From contig CM052820.1 in the NCBI GenBank assembly GCA_028534125.1, forward strand, positions 53,940,001-54,004,000: DNA of 64,000 bases. Reading direction: 5' to 3'. This stretch comes from Lama glama. Lineage: Eukaryota. The position numbers and the translations under genes were made by a program. Each line of letters starts with the position of its first letter. The first letter of the stretch is position 1. Positions 13,966 to 28,489 of the stretch are shown in pieces. The notes beneath the pieces were generated by a model, which was given only the letters and a program-made list of their open reading frames with translations, had not been told where the DNA came from and made no database searches.

Positions 13966-16206
13966 CACTACATTCTTTAAAACAAATTATCTCAACTTTA
14001 GTTTGCATCAAAATATATGTCTCTTTTGACTAGTGTTGAATTTATAGAAATCATGTAGTAAATAATCTTAGTACAATACTTTAAACCCAAGACAAACCAG
14101 CACACACATAGTAAATTCTGTTTAAAAGCAATACTATTCGCTGCCTGTGTCCAGCAGAGTAGGCTGATGTTTGTTCTTCTTTCTCATAGGTATACACTTC
14201 GGTTTACTCTGAATCCATATGTAGGAATGTGATCTTATCTGCAAATATGCCATTTGCCTGGCTTTCAACACATTCTCTCCCATGAAATGTTGCTATATAT
14301 CTATTACTTGTAAGAGGCTTTTTATTCTCCACCATTGTAGAGATTGCTAAAGGAATTCTAAAATTCATATCTGAAATGTTTAAAACTTTGTACTTAAATC
14401 AGAGGAACTCACCACTTTCTTATACCTGTGATACTCTCTTTCCTGACACCTGCCTACATCTCTATCTCTGTTTCTACATCAGTGTGTAAAAAAAAATGTG
14501 AGTTATTTAAGCTGATTGTATTCTCCTTTACTACAGTGAAACCGGGTTTGTCTTTTGCTATGTGATTTGGTATGATTGTTTTTTCTTTTTTGAATGGAAG
14601 TTCCTTAAAGACAAAAACTTCGTTTTCTACTTCCCCTCACAGGTCTGAAGATCTAATATAGTAACGTGCACAGGTTAAGTATTTGCTAAAAACATTTAAA
14701 ATGAAGATGGGTTAGTAGGTTGAACAATAAATGTGATGATAGCATACCATGGCAAAAACCAGACTGGATTGTGTGATATCATAAAAGGAGCATTTTTCAA
14801 AAAGCTAAATTTGCTTTATAAATTTTTATATAAATTCACAATTGCAAAATGATAATTTTTCTACTGTCTTTTAATTGGTTTTCCACCTTTAAAAAATACC
14901 TAAATTTCTGGTAAGGGCTATTTTTACAGTGTCCAAATCACTGGGGTGAAAAGTCATTCATTTTGCCCTAAACATAATTGAAGTTAATTTTGTTGGACAT
15001 GTGAATAGGAGAAACCTGGAAAAGAATAATTAGTTTCAGCTTCCCCCAACCCTTTTTTCTGAATCCATATAACCTGTGTTGTCACTATTGTGATTTGCTT
15101 AATTTTTATATGTAGCATTGGAAAAGAAAAGACAAGACCATGGCTTCTCTTAGTTCACCCTCCCTGTGTGTATGATGATATCACTTAATATACAGCCTTT
15201 CAAGCTGTTCACAGTGGGTTGACATTCTGGAAGTTGGTGTGTCCTAACTCTCAGGCAATCCTAATGCAGAAAGACTCACTTTTTATTTCCTAATGGAGGA
15301 GTTATGAAGTTACCTTGACTCATTGAAATAATGAGTCTGTTAATTTTAAAATAAGAACCATTATTTTTCATGCTCTTTTATTTAGAACATTCCAAAATAA
15401 TAATTTGTAGAAACTCAGATTTTTTTATGTTGTATTTTTCTTTCCTGTAGTTTGCAACGTTTCACATACACATGTCAGTTAATTAGGGGAGTCATAATTT
15501 GAATGCATATTGTAGTGGTTTTTTTCCTACTTTTCAAATTGAATCTATCCCAAATATTCCCCAAATTTCTTTTCTCTTCTTTCTTCTTCCCAAAACATTT
15601 TCCTAAATTGTTTTTAATACATAATAGAAATATATTTTTTGTGGCTTGAAAAGGAATATCTATTTATTGTAAGAAAATCTGAATGTATAAAATAGAGTAA
15701 AACAATCTTCCACCACCTCACTTTACAGAAATGAGTTTCCCTGAGAGGGAAGCAGAGGGTGTGAGTACGTCATGAGGTGTAAGACAGAAGAGGATCAGGT
15801 GACCAGAGAGGCGAGAGGAGAACCAGGGAGAGGTTCTGTGGGAAGCACAGTCATAAAGATTCTTAAACAAGGAAAGTGGAATTGAATTGCACTAAAAATG
15901 AATACACGTGAAAAGCAAAGAGAATTTTAAACTAGTTTTCAATAAGTTGTCACTGTTTTACTTTATAAGCTGTGATGTGTTAAATTCCAATTTTTAAATA
16001 AGGATGGTTAGAGAGCATGGAAAATAAATTGTGTGCGTAATAGTTGTTTAATAAGTGTTCACTCAACATGATGATAATTCTGTGAACACATTAACTCCTG
16101 TAGTTGAAACTAAAATCTGTTTTATTATTATTGTTATGAAAGTGCCATCCCTGGCTGGCAAGCACTTAAGGCTTTGTTTCTACTTAGGCCTCATGTAAGG
16201 AGCTGA

Positions 16207-16542
<336 letters not shown>

Positions 16543-18237
16543 TAGAGAAAGACACCGTAAATTGAGACTAAGTGGAAGTCAGTGAAAAACCACATCATGA
16601 CAGAAATGTTTAGTTAAATACCTATGTAGGATATTTCAAAAGGTGTATTTTTTTTCTCATTTTTCTTCAAAGCTGGTTCTGTCACTGGCATTCTAGTCTG
16701 ATTTTCTTAATTTAATAGTGTTCAGTATAGTGTTCTGCCTTTTTGGAGATGACATAAAAATGCATACTGGTGGGAAGAAAATAATGGTCAGTTTGAGAAA
16801 TGAGACCTGGGGATATGTCCAGAATGCTTTTGCCTTGGAGGTGACAGCTGAATCCATGGGATTATATGAAATCACTCAACCAATAATGGGTTTAGAGAGC
16901 CACTTCATTTAGGGTGTTGGAGAGTACGAAGAGTCTGAGATGGTCAGAGACGTGGGACATAAATCAGAAAATTTCCTGTTATTCAAAAAAAAGGGGGAAG
17001 AAAGTATCTCATAAAATTACCCGGGAAGTTGAGGCTACAGAAAGGCTATAAGAATGAATAAGGAGGATGGGTTGGTGACTTTTTGCAAGCGGTTTGTGTT
17101 AGGTGATGGAAATGAAAGCAAGATAGTGGTGGATAGTAGATAAAAAGAGCAAGCGGTGGCAGTCCACGCATGCTGAGAAATTTATGAAATTTCCACCGGA
17201 AAGATGGCCACTTGAGGCAACAAATAAATTAAAAACTCTTCAAACGTAGGGTATAATTAGCACATTGGAAAGTGGAGAAACATGTTTCTCAATCTCAGAA
17301 AAATACAGAGGGCTGAGTAATGTAGCTAGTTGCTGATGTTAACAGACAAGGTATAAGCTACAGGTTAGATTGTATTTACATTAGAAATGTGGGGAGAAGC
17401 CTTTACTGTGTGAGACTTAGGGGAAAATAGGAGGATGAATTTGAGTCCTGATTTGTTGAAGTAAATGTAGACACATCTGAGGAAATACATGTTAAATGGT
17501 GTCAATACTTTCCATACTACAAGAGTGAAAATTGTCTTTTGGGCGTCAGTCTTGAGAGCAGCAGATCTGAGAAAGTGTTGACTGCATTAAGAAAATGGGA
17601 GAAAGTTTGAAACAACTACGGTAAAGGTTATTCTACTGAGAAAATGAGAGGGGGGGTTACAGTCATTTCTGAGAAATTAGGCCTTCATTTTTATGTGATG
17701 AATATATATGTGCTTTTGAATAGTTTTATTCAGTGCCTTTATTACAAGTGAAAGTTTATGTCTTTAAGAAAAAATAAATTACCAGTCATCCTCTAGTAAT
17801 AAGAGGATGGGTACATTGTTTTTTATCTTCATATCCTTGGTACCTTTTATGTTACCTATAATATCAGCAGCTGCTCCCATCATTTATAAAGAATTTACAA
17901 TGTACCAGCGCTCTCAAGTTGTGAAATAGTAGATCTGATATTTAGAATCATATCTGTCAACTCCAAAGCTTGTATACTCTAAGTACCATAATTCTCTAAT
18001 TTTATGTTCAATAAATTATTAAATAAGTGAGCAATATTGAAATAATTTATTCAGACCTTGACATGTATGCATTTGCTAGTAGGATTTTAGAATTTGCAAA
18101 AGAGACTCATTCTGATACATAGAATTTCATAGCCATACCAATTTTTCCTACCTTATAATTAACTCTCCTGGGTATGTATAGACCCAGACATTCCTAAAAA
18201 AGATTTTTTAATGAGTTTAAAAAAATTTTTGGAATAC

Positions 18238-18342
18238 TTTTATTTATTTACTTATTTATTTTTAATACAGGTACTGGGGATTGAACCCAGGACTTCGTCC
18301 ATGCTAAGCACACACTCTACTACTGAGCTGTACACTCTCCCC
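18238..18342 (-). mobile_element. tRNA-derived SINE (vic-1-like)
   Basis: Reverse strand reads ggggagagtgtacagctcagtagtagag...cctgggttcaatccccagtacc plus A-rich tail; degenerate TSD (ttg)gaatacttt/ttgaaatacttt. Confidence 0.85.
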
Positions 18343-19180
18343 TTAAAACTTTGAAATACTTTTAGATGTACAATTTTCAAAGATAGCACAGAGAACCCTC
18401 ATATACTCTTTACCCAGTTTCTGCCACTGTTAACATCTTTTTTCTCTAAAAAAATTTTTTTAAAGCAAACGAAAATTGGAAATTTAAATTTAAAAATATC
18501 AAAAAATTCTTTTTTAGAAATTTCAAGTACATGGTAACTTGGTCTCACCAAGTTGAGGTGGTAATATGATTCTCATGTTATCTCAGTTCGATTTTCCTGT
18601 CAGAATACTCAGGGAGACTTCCTGACCCAGAAAATCAAACTGAGTAGTGGGACTCTTTCAACTCTAATGTTCCTTAGGTTTATGAAAATATTTTTTGAAA
18701 GAACTCATATTTTGTAACAGTTGCTACTAACCATGACAATAATCAACAGGTATTAAAATTCTCAAAGTGATATGATAAAAATCAGGGATAGTTTCTATTT
18801 GGTTTGTATAAAATGCCATGTCATGAACAAAAGAAGTTGTATTTTGAACTAATTTCAATGGCTGCAAGTTATTGTTACTGATTTGGGTGCTGACGGGATA
18901 TGAAAAAGGGAAGACACTGTATTTTGAAAGCTGTGAACAATACATGTTCATAAATGGCTAACTTCTTACTTTACTGGGAAGAAATGGACAGTGGACCTGG
19001 AGTTCATTGGCCAACAGGATGTATTTAGTGCAACAGTGCCCTGGAACCATGTTGCTGGAGTCTGATGGCAGTGTTTCTTTACTGTGACACTAGCACATGG
19101 AGGGGTGAACTGCAGATGTTCATGTACCAGACTGAACTTTCCGATCCTCAGTTTCATATTGTTTTCTCTTTGCTCCTCAG

Positions 19181-19299
19181 ACTTTCATAGTATTGAACAA
19201 GGGGAAAGCAATCTTCCGTTTCAATGCTGCACCTGCTTTGTACCTGCTCTCTCCTTTCAATCCTCTGAGAAGAATATCAATTAAGATTTTAGTACACTC
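19181..19299 (+). CDS. SCN9A: Coding exon 2 (119 nt)
   Basis: ctcctcag|ACTTTC; [40 protein letters not shown]; ends at U12 donor ATATCCTTT. Confidence 0.96.
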
Positions 19300-19739
<440 letters not shown>

Positions 19740-20298
19740 TAAGTCGGGATCAGTACATTTTAATATAGTCTTAGCATGGTCATTTCTATCCTTTCCTTTT
19801 CATACCAGGACGTAATTGCATCTATAAAAATTATAGTGTTTATCTTCCCATGTTATGTAGTTGCTTTTCTTTCAATTATTTTTTTCTTCTCTACAATATT
19901 AACCTGTTAAGCCTAGAATAGAATAATACATACTTCTAGAAAAATGACCTTATCAGATAACCTACCTTGTTCTTAAACAAGTCACCTATCTCTTGTCCTT
20001 GGGTGTATTTTTGCTAAGAACAATGTAAGAATTTTCTAGGCAGATCTAATACCTGTATTCTTAGTAATTTTTAAATACCTCTACCTTCTGGGAGTGTTTC
20101 TGATATACATACATTTTACGATTTTTCTGGAAAGGCCTTTACTGTAGTTTATTCTAATAGTTAGAATGGGTCCAGAAACCAACAGCCACACTCCAATAGG
20201 TGCCTTCCTTTGGTTGAACAAAAGAAAAATGATTATAAAGGTTCACATGCTACTATATTCTTTTCACACTTAATATCCCAATGGATTCTTGTGTCTAG

Positions 20299-20427
20299 GT
20301 ACACTTTTACTGGAATATATACTTTTGAATCACTTGTAAAAATCCTTGCAAGAGGCTTCTGTGTAGGAGAATTCACTTTCCTTCGTGACCCGTGGAACTG
20401 GCTTGATTTTGTCGTCATTGTTTTTGC
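20299..20427 (+). CDS. SCN9A: Coding exon 4 (129 nt), DI S2-S3
   Basis: [43 protein letters not shown]; tctag| and |GTAAGT. Confidence 0.97.
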
Positions 20428-21263
20428 GTAAGTACTTTCAGTTTTTTGAAATGCCAAACTCATGAAAATCTCAGACTGCACAGTATTCAGGAAGGACAAA
20501 CCTTTGGGGCCTGACTTTTCCTGAATATAATGGTTACATTTAAAGCATACTGTATGAAAGCTAGTCATCAAAAAATACTGATTTTTTTTCAGAAAGAGCA
20601 TTTCCCACTCAAAAGTCTATGAGATCATTAAAATAGATGATCTTCCTCCATGCTCAGCAGTTGAATGGATAGTATATGCGATACCAGTTAGGTTCACCCT
20701 TTTTCCAGGTTCTTATGCAAAAACTGATAAAACCTGTAAGAAACACAGAAAAACTCAGGCCTTATTATAAGTGTGGTACTCTTTTTATTAACTGAATTAT
20801 TAGCTAATAAGTATATTAAAATATGTAAGTAAATCTTTTTATGAGGGCTGCCACCTCATACTAAACCTAACATTAATGCATTATGCATGTATTACATATG
20901 CCTCTACAGTTTATTTTCAAGTGAAAAATACCACATTAAGGTGTAATTTAATTTATTCACATTGCTACTTTTTCCTAAGTATGTTGTCAGAAACATTTCC
21001 TTATGTTTTAAATCTCAAACCTGGATACAATACTTTTCCCTCTCTCATTTTGAATTGTAAAAGTAATACATGTTCATTGGAGGAATTTAGACAATATAGG
21101 AGGGTCTTAGGACCTCTAGTCTCCAGTTCCTGCATACCCTGCCCCAGCTCCTTGTCAATCAGGCTGGCTCTCTTTGTGGTCACCTAGAACCGCTGTAGTT
21201 CCACCCACCACCTGCTGATAAGAAACACTGAGTCAAAGAAGGCTGCATCTTCTCAGGGGTCTC

Positions 21264-21560
21264 CTTTTTTATTGAGTATAATTTACATACCATAAAATTT
21301 ACTTTTTTAAAGTATGAAATCGAATGTTTTTTAGTATGTTCACAAAATCGTGCAATCATCACCACTTTCTAATGCTAGAATATTTTCATCACCCCAGAAA
21401 TCAGTCACTTCCACTCCCTTCTCCCCTAAGTCCCTGGGAACCACTCTATGTCCGGTCTGTATGGATTTGCCTATTCTAGACATTTCATATGGATGGAATC
21501 ATATAAAATGTGGCCTTTTGTGTCTGGCTTCTTTTAATTAGCATACAGTTTTCAAGGTTT
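21264..21560 (-). mobile_element. L1MB-like fragment
   Basis: ttttattgagtataatttacataccataaaatt...ggatttgcctattctagacatttcatat. Confidence 0.75.
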
Positions 21561-21811
21561 GCTGCTGATGTTTTATGGAATATCAAATATCTACATTACA
21601 TAATGTTGAAGTCTAGGAATTAAAGCGCTTAATTATTTAGGCATTTAAATGTATGAAACCATTTTCATAATATTGTATTTTGCTCACATCAAATGACTCA
21701 AATCAAATCAAATTAAATTAGTAATGATAGAAACAAAAGACTTGCAGAACTATAAATTTGAATAAGAAGTTCCAAACATAGGAAATACCTTGACTAAAGG
21801 CACAGGTAAGT

Positions 21812-22044
21812 NNNNNNNNNNNNNNNNNNNNNNNNNNNNNNNNNNNNNNNNNNNNNNNNNNNNNNNNNNNNNNNNNNNNNNNNNNNNNNNNNNNNNNNNN
21901 NNNNNNNNNNNNNNNNNNNNNNNNNNNNNNNNNNNNNNNNNNNNNNNNNNNNNNNNNNNNNNNNNNNNNNNNNNNNNNNNNNNNNNNNNNNNNNNNNNNN
22001 NNNNNNNNNNNNNNNNNNNNNNNNNNNNNNNNNNNNNNNNNNNN
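21812..22044. other. Assembly gap (233 N), probably hiding exon 5N
   Basis: N run ends 26 nt before exon 5A; 5N is known to lie just upstream of 5A and is not seen elsewhere in the window. Confidence 0.8.
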
Positions 22045-22188
<144 letters not shown>

Positions 22189-22927
22189 TGACTTTGATGT
22201 CTTGGAGGAAAGACAAGAAAAACTTTCTTTTATGCAATCTTAATTAAATTTGATCCCTTGTGTTTTTCACAATAATTATTAAAAGTCAGCCTTTGAGTTT
22301 AATCAATTGCATGGGTTTAAGAGGATGAAGATGGACATTGGTTCACATCTCAACTTGAAATTTTCCCTCCTGTCTAACAGTTCATTTTCCATTTTGCTTA
22401 TCCAGGAATGAAAATTTCAATTTGTTTGAATTGCTTTCTATATAATTGAGAAAAAAGCTACAGAATATCAGCATGGGGGGATTGCATGACGTTATGTTTT
22501 TTCTTTCCTCAACAAACCATTTCTTAACTGAAAATTAGTAAGTTGTCACTATCTGCTCCAAGTCAGCCTCTTTTCTGTTTTGGTGTCATTCTATAAAGAG
22601 ATGGTTTGTTTGACAACCATTCACTGAATTGGCACTTCTAAAAAATTATTTTTACAAGTGAGTGTGGGCATGGTTTGAGCTAACTGTTCATTTTGACAGG
22701 TTGGTTGTTCTTTGGAAATATTTTACAGTGTTCAGTCATTTGCTGTAATATACAAAGAAACAAAATAGATGAGCAAATCCATCCTTTTGAGCTGGTAGGC
22801 TGTTTTTGAACTAGGTTATCATTGATTTGATAAAATGCATGCATTTCTCGGAAAGTCTGTGTTTTGTTTTCATTTCTCATTCAGAGTCTTTATTTCATTT
22901 CGAATATCTTTTCCCCCCTGTCTTCAG

Positions 22928-23137
22928 GCCTGAAGACCATCGTGGGAGCCCTGATCCAATCAGTGAAGAAGCTCTCGGATGTCATGATCCTGACTGTGTT
23001 CTGTCTGAGCGTGTTTGCTCTGATTGGGCTGCAGCTCTTCATGGGCAACCTGAAGCATAAGTGTGTGTGGACTCCATTTGAAAATAACGAAACAATAGAA
23101 AGCATGTTGGATTCCCTCGACGAAGAAGACCGTAGCA
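22928..23137 (+). CDS. SCN9A: Coding exon 6 (210 nt), DI S4-S5 linker, S5 and turret
   Basis: [46 protein letters not shown]...EEDRS; donor GCA|GTAAGA. Confidence 0.95.
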
Positions 23138-24859
23138 GTAAGAATGCCTCTGTAGTTGTCAATAGTGTGAAGTGGCTAAGAGTATTGTTCTCTTTTGGCA
23201 ATGAAATGTTGCTTTCATTTTAATTATTTCAAAGTTACTCAAATATACAGAAAGTTTCTACAGTGTAAATTTGGATCATGTTATATTTTATTGGATCATA
23301 TGTTTCCTTGGATCTAAACTTTCTAGCAGTTCTGGTAATGAAAACATGGAATAATTCCATAATTCTCAATTTTTGTAAGATAAAAAAGAATAAATTTGCT
23401 CCAGAGAAATAAATTTAGCTATGCACGAATGATACTAACCATTAGATTTTATCATAAGATACATATTTATGATATACTATGGTTTTATTGCATAATTTAT
23501 ACTTATTTATTTTATAGTATAAATTATTATATAGTAGTATATTTTTATACTTGTATTATAACTGTAATTTTGTAAAGTTGTGTTAATCATAATATAACGA
23601 TAATATTAATTATCACATATGAAAATGTCTGTCTCAGTATTTCTGAAGATTTGTATAGCAGAACAGTTTACTCTGCTTTATCTGCACTATCCTTACATTA
23701 TAACCAATGAAGAGTTTTACAGTGATTTCTAATGGCTTCCCTCCATAGAGTTAATGACCATGAAAGTTTAATTCATCAGAACTAGTCCTGTAGGTACCAT
23801 TTAAGATGGTCTGTACACTCAGTCTCTGAAGTCTACTTAATTCACAAGTAGATTTTGGAATATCTTACAGAAAGCATAAACTGCAAGTTTCCTAAACAAT
23901 TATCCACTAACACAGTTTCCCTCACCAAAGCTGATGAGTTTGGGTGAGAATGAGATCAAGCAAGACTGTTGTTTCTGTCTGACACCTGCAGTGTCTGTAT
24001 GATGTTGCCCACATGAACCTGTAAACCTTTATAGATAGTTAGCTCCAGAGCTGGGGTGGACATGTAAGTGCCTTTGATGGAAGGAGATCAGGGAGTAAGG
24101 GTCAGGATTCTCCCTAAATAACAAAGAATTGTGTATATCATTTTTTTTTTTACTTTCTGTGTTTTTTCCCTACTCATTGGGGAAGGTAAAGGCAAATAAA
24201 AACTAGCTAATATAGTAAAAGACTATAAATAAAAAAGAACTGAGAAAAATAGAAGTTTAAAACAAAACTGAAGGTTTTCAAGTAAAATATTTAATGTACA
24301 TTTTTCACTCCCAGCATTTGATAAGGAATTTAGCGTATTTTCATTTCCTTTTTTTCTTTATTTTTTTCAGTTTCTGATTTTTACTAATATGACCTTAAGT
24401 TTTATTTCCAATTTCCAAAGGATTTTATTTCTTAATTCATATGCCATAAAAGTAGTATATCTTATAAGTAATTGTTGACATTTATGAATCAGACTACAAT
24501 GCTTAAACTTGGTTTTTTAAAACTAGGATCACTCCCAGCCCTTTTATTCTGATTCTTGATCCCATTCTTGAGTTCATGATCTGAATGATTGTTTTTAACC
24601 TTCTGGGAATTACTTCAAGAAATTTTTTCGAAAGGAGTAGAAAAAGCCCTTGAATTTTGCAACATATCTTTTATATTGTGTTTACACAGGTGAATGACAG
24701 ATTAGCTAATGATGAAATTTTATACCACCATGCTTTCCCTCAATTCTGTACATTATTTTTGATTTTCTTCTGAAATATAGTTTTACAGCAAAGATGTTTG
24801 TGTCCAATCTGAATTTAGTTTCTTACCAATTTTCTGTGTCATAGAAGCCCGGTCTCACC

Positions 24860-25650
24860 GCAGTATTTATTCAGGCATTCATTTATCGTGGGTGTTTGTT
24901 GAGTGCTTCCCAAGCTAAGCATTGTGCAGGTTTCTGGAGCTGCAGCGATGCATATGACAGCCTCAGCCCCTGTTTCCACAGAGCTTGTCTTCTAGGAGGA
25001 AGGACGGAGCAAACGGAGGGAAACAGACAAATTAAAAATATTTCGAATTATAATAGTGCTCTGCAGAGAAAATAAATCTCAGGGGCTAAGATAACAACTA
25101 AATGAGAAGACCTCTCTGACAGAGTGGCAATGGAGCAGAGATCTAAAGGATAATAAGAAAAGAGAAAACAGAGGGAGTGAGAGTATGTATGTGGGGCTCC
25201 CACTTGAGTTAGAAGAAAGAGCCTGTGGAAAAGCCCTGAAACAAGAGTATTACGTGTTTCAAAAGTGGGAAAACAGCATTTGGGGTTAGACTTCAGCAGA
25301 GAAGAGGCAGAATGGCAACAGAGAAAGTAAGAGAAAAAGGCAGGGGTCGTATTAACAAGGATGCTTTAGCCCATGGAAAGGAGTTTGGATTTTATTTTAA
25401 ATGCAGTGGTGTTGATCACTTTGTCTGCAATATGGAGAGCTGATTGGGCAAGACTGGCTGGTAGATTGGAATAAGGAAGGCCAGTTAGGGTGTTGTTTCT
25501 GTCATCCAAACAAGAGAAGACCTGGAGTGGTGGCAGAAAGTGAAGAGGAAAGGGTGAGTTCAAGATGACACCTATAGAACTTGTTGATGACTTAGAGAGG
25601 ATATCTTCTAGGCTTCTGGCCACAGTAACTGGATAGATGGCAATGTGTCT
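24860..25650. mobile_element. L2 fragment(s)
   Basis: L2 3' motif cattcatttatc..gagtgctt; ggaaaggagtttggattttattttaa; approximate. Confidence 0.6.
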
Positions 25651-26429
25651 TCTAAGTCTTCTACGTAACACCAACAGTGACATGTAAGTCAGTTAGTCTT
25701 ACCTGAAAATGTTTAATAATAGGTGCTGCTCTTTGAGCAGCTGTGTAGAAAGTGGGTGTCACTTTGGTAAGTGTTTTATATACAATATCATATTAATACC
25801 ATTCAACAACTCTACTCTAAGAATAGGTGTTCTTATCCACATTTTACAGATGCAGTAGCTAAGTCTCAAAGTGGTAAAATAATGCACCTACATAGGAAGG
25901 GGTAGAAACAATATTTAAATCTAAGCACATCTGATGTCAGAGTTTCTGTTCTGCTGTTACTCTAGGAGCCTCCTAAGAATCACATCTTTATTTTTTTTGA
26001 CCTTAGCCAGTTAGGAAGTTGGGCCCCTATTTTTTAAAAAAAATTTTTAGTCCTGTATACCATTACTCTGCACATTTTGATCAGTCCCTTGTATTAAGAA
26101 TATGCCATTATAGTGAACAAAGGAAGAGATTATGAGTTTTTTTACACCTGAAAATGGGCACAGAGGGTACCATGAAAGGGGAAATGTGCATTTTATTTCA
26201 GTTCCATATCCTCAACATCCAGAACTTAGTAAGCCCTAAGTAGATATTGACTGGTGAATAAACAGTGAGGGAATTCCAGGAAATTAATGTCCTTCATTTG
26301 TAGTGTTGTCTTGCTGACTCCACCTCTTCTGGAGAACTTGGGGCTTAGCTGGGGCTCTTTTCCTTCCCTTTTTCTCCCACCCTCTCCTTCCCCAGCCACA
26401 CTTCCTCTCTGGCTCAACTCGACAGGTCC

Positions 26430-27425
26430 CGTGGCTTGATGACGACTCCCATCTCTATATCTGCATCCTTGATACCTTCACTGACCTCAGGACTCATAGC
26501 CACCCAATCATTTACTCCACAAATAAGAGTTTAATACCTAATAATCACCTCACACTAAACGCAGCTAACACAGAGCTCCTGGTTTTCCTTCAGGCCATAT
26601 CTTGCCCCAGTGTCCCTCATGTCAGTAACTGGCAGTACTCTCTGACCAGCTGATCTACCCTCATGTCCCCTCTCTTCCACCACCCCCACGCACTCCATCC
26701 AGCCAGTCCTGCCCCCTTTATTTCATCCCTTTCTCTACGTGTCCAGGGCTCCTCCCTGAACTGTAGCCACATCACCTCACTGTCGTCACTTAACCCAACC
26801 CCTGCTTCCACGCTTGCCCTCCTGCAGTCCATAGTCCACAAAGCAGCCACAGCAACATTTAAAAAAATTGTCTCATCTCTCTACTTCCTACTTCTGTTAC
26901 TTCTTATCATACCAGACTCCTTTCCATGGCGTGCAAAGCCTCACTGACGGCCCCTGCTGACCTCTGCCGCCACAGTCTGCCCCACTCACCGCGCTGTGGC
27001 TGGGCTGGCCATTTTGCTGTTTCTTCCACACACCAACTTCATTTCTACCTCAGGGCTTCTGTTCTTGCTCTTCACCCTGCCAAGATGTCTCTTCACCAGG
27101 GTCTTTGAATGGCTGGCTTCTTTGTAGCATTTAGGTTCCAGTTCAAATGTCATCTCTCTAGGAAGACTTTGACCACATTTTATCACATTGTCTTAATTTA
27201 TTTTCTTTAGGACATTTATCACTATGTGAAAATAACTCGTATATTTACTTATTTACTTGTTAAGTGTCTTTCTCTATCCCCAGCCTCTACCCTTACCTAA
27301 ACACAAAGAACGTGCAATAAAACTAATTATCTTGTTCATCATGTTTGTCATTATAGTCACTGCTTGGCCCATCAGAGGTTGTCAGTAATGTTTGAGGGAG
27401 AATATATGAGAATACAATAAATGAA
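26430..27425. mobile_element. L2 fragment(s), opposite orientation to the 24.9-kb copy
   Basis: tccacaaagcagcc, ttcaaatgtcatctc, terminal aataaatgaatg; approximate. Confidence 0.6.
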
Positions 27426-27543
27426 TGTCTGTTGCCTGGAGCCAGGCCCGAATGTGTGTGAGATGTCTGTATTAATTAACTTACCTGCTGTATCATTCTT
27501 AAAGCTTCTCTCCATAATGTTATATTGTCGACTTTCTTCCTGA

Positions 27544-27639
<96 letters not shown>

Positions 27640-28489
27640 TAATGACTGAAAAAAGAAAAACATACTCAATCAATTTGCTAATAAGAATCTTTGATTCTGT
27701 ATTATTTTCATTTATTTCTTGGCATTATTTAACTTATTCTGTCCCACAGTGAGTCCAGACTTTAAAACGTTCATGGTTAATGCATACATTTGAAAGCAAG
27801 ACTTTGAGATAGTGCTTGAATTAAAATAAGATACAAATCATATACATCTTAAGGAAGCAGAAAAAACTTACTTCCTAAAAACCCTACCGAAAGTTGATGG
27901 GTTAGTTTGCAGCCTTTCTTCCAGAAAGGAGAAAGACAAAATCAACTTTTCTTTTCATCCTCCAATTTGACTCATTCACCAATCAAGTATGGTTCATAGG
28001 TAACTGAATGCAGTGACATTTTGTTCGCTCTAAATAAAAGGATCCCATGGACTTGGGTAAAGCTATTTTAAGAATGTCATATTTATTTAAGTACCCATTT
28101 TGCTGTTTCTTCCATATACCAACTTTATTTCTGCCACAGGGCTTCCTGCACTCCCCCTGCCCAGACCTCTCCTGACCAGGCTCTGTGTATGCTGGGAATG
28201 TAAAAATAAACAAGATAAGGTCGCTGCTCCCAAAGACACCTAAAACACCATTTTTATTTGGTATCATGGATACCAATCCACCAATTTTGAAAAGGAAAAA
28301 AATCTTTATAAATCTTTATGAACTTACACAATTGCTGTATATTGGCTGTTCTCAATTCTAATTTACTCCAAGAATAATTTGGGGAGGCACAGTTTTATTC
28401 GAGGCCTATATAGCAATCTTTATGGGTACAAGAACTGTTGTATGACATCTGGTGAAAGTTGCCAAGTTTCGTTGGTGATGATGATACTA

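Noticed and set aside
1-16187. SCN9A promoter or non-coding first exon
   Set aside because: No CpG island or promoter-like region; the known first exon lies tens of kb upstream, so this is probably intron
25366-25683. 105-aa minus-strand ORF
   Set aside because: Within decayed L2 sequence
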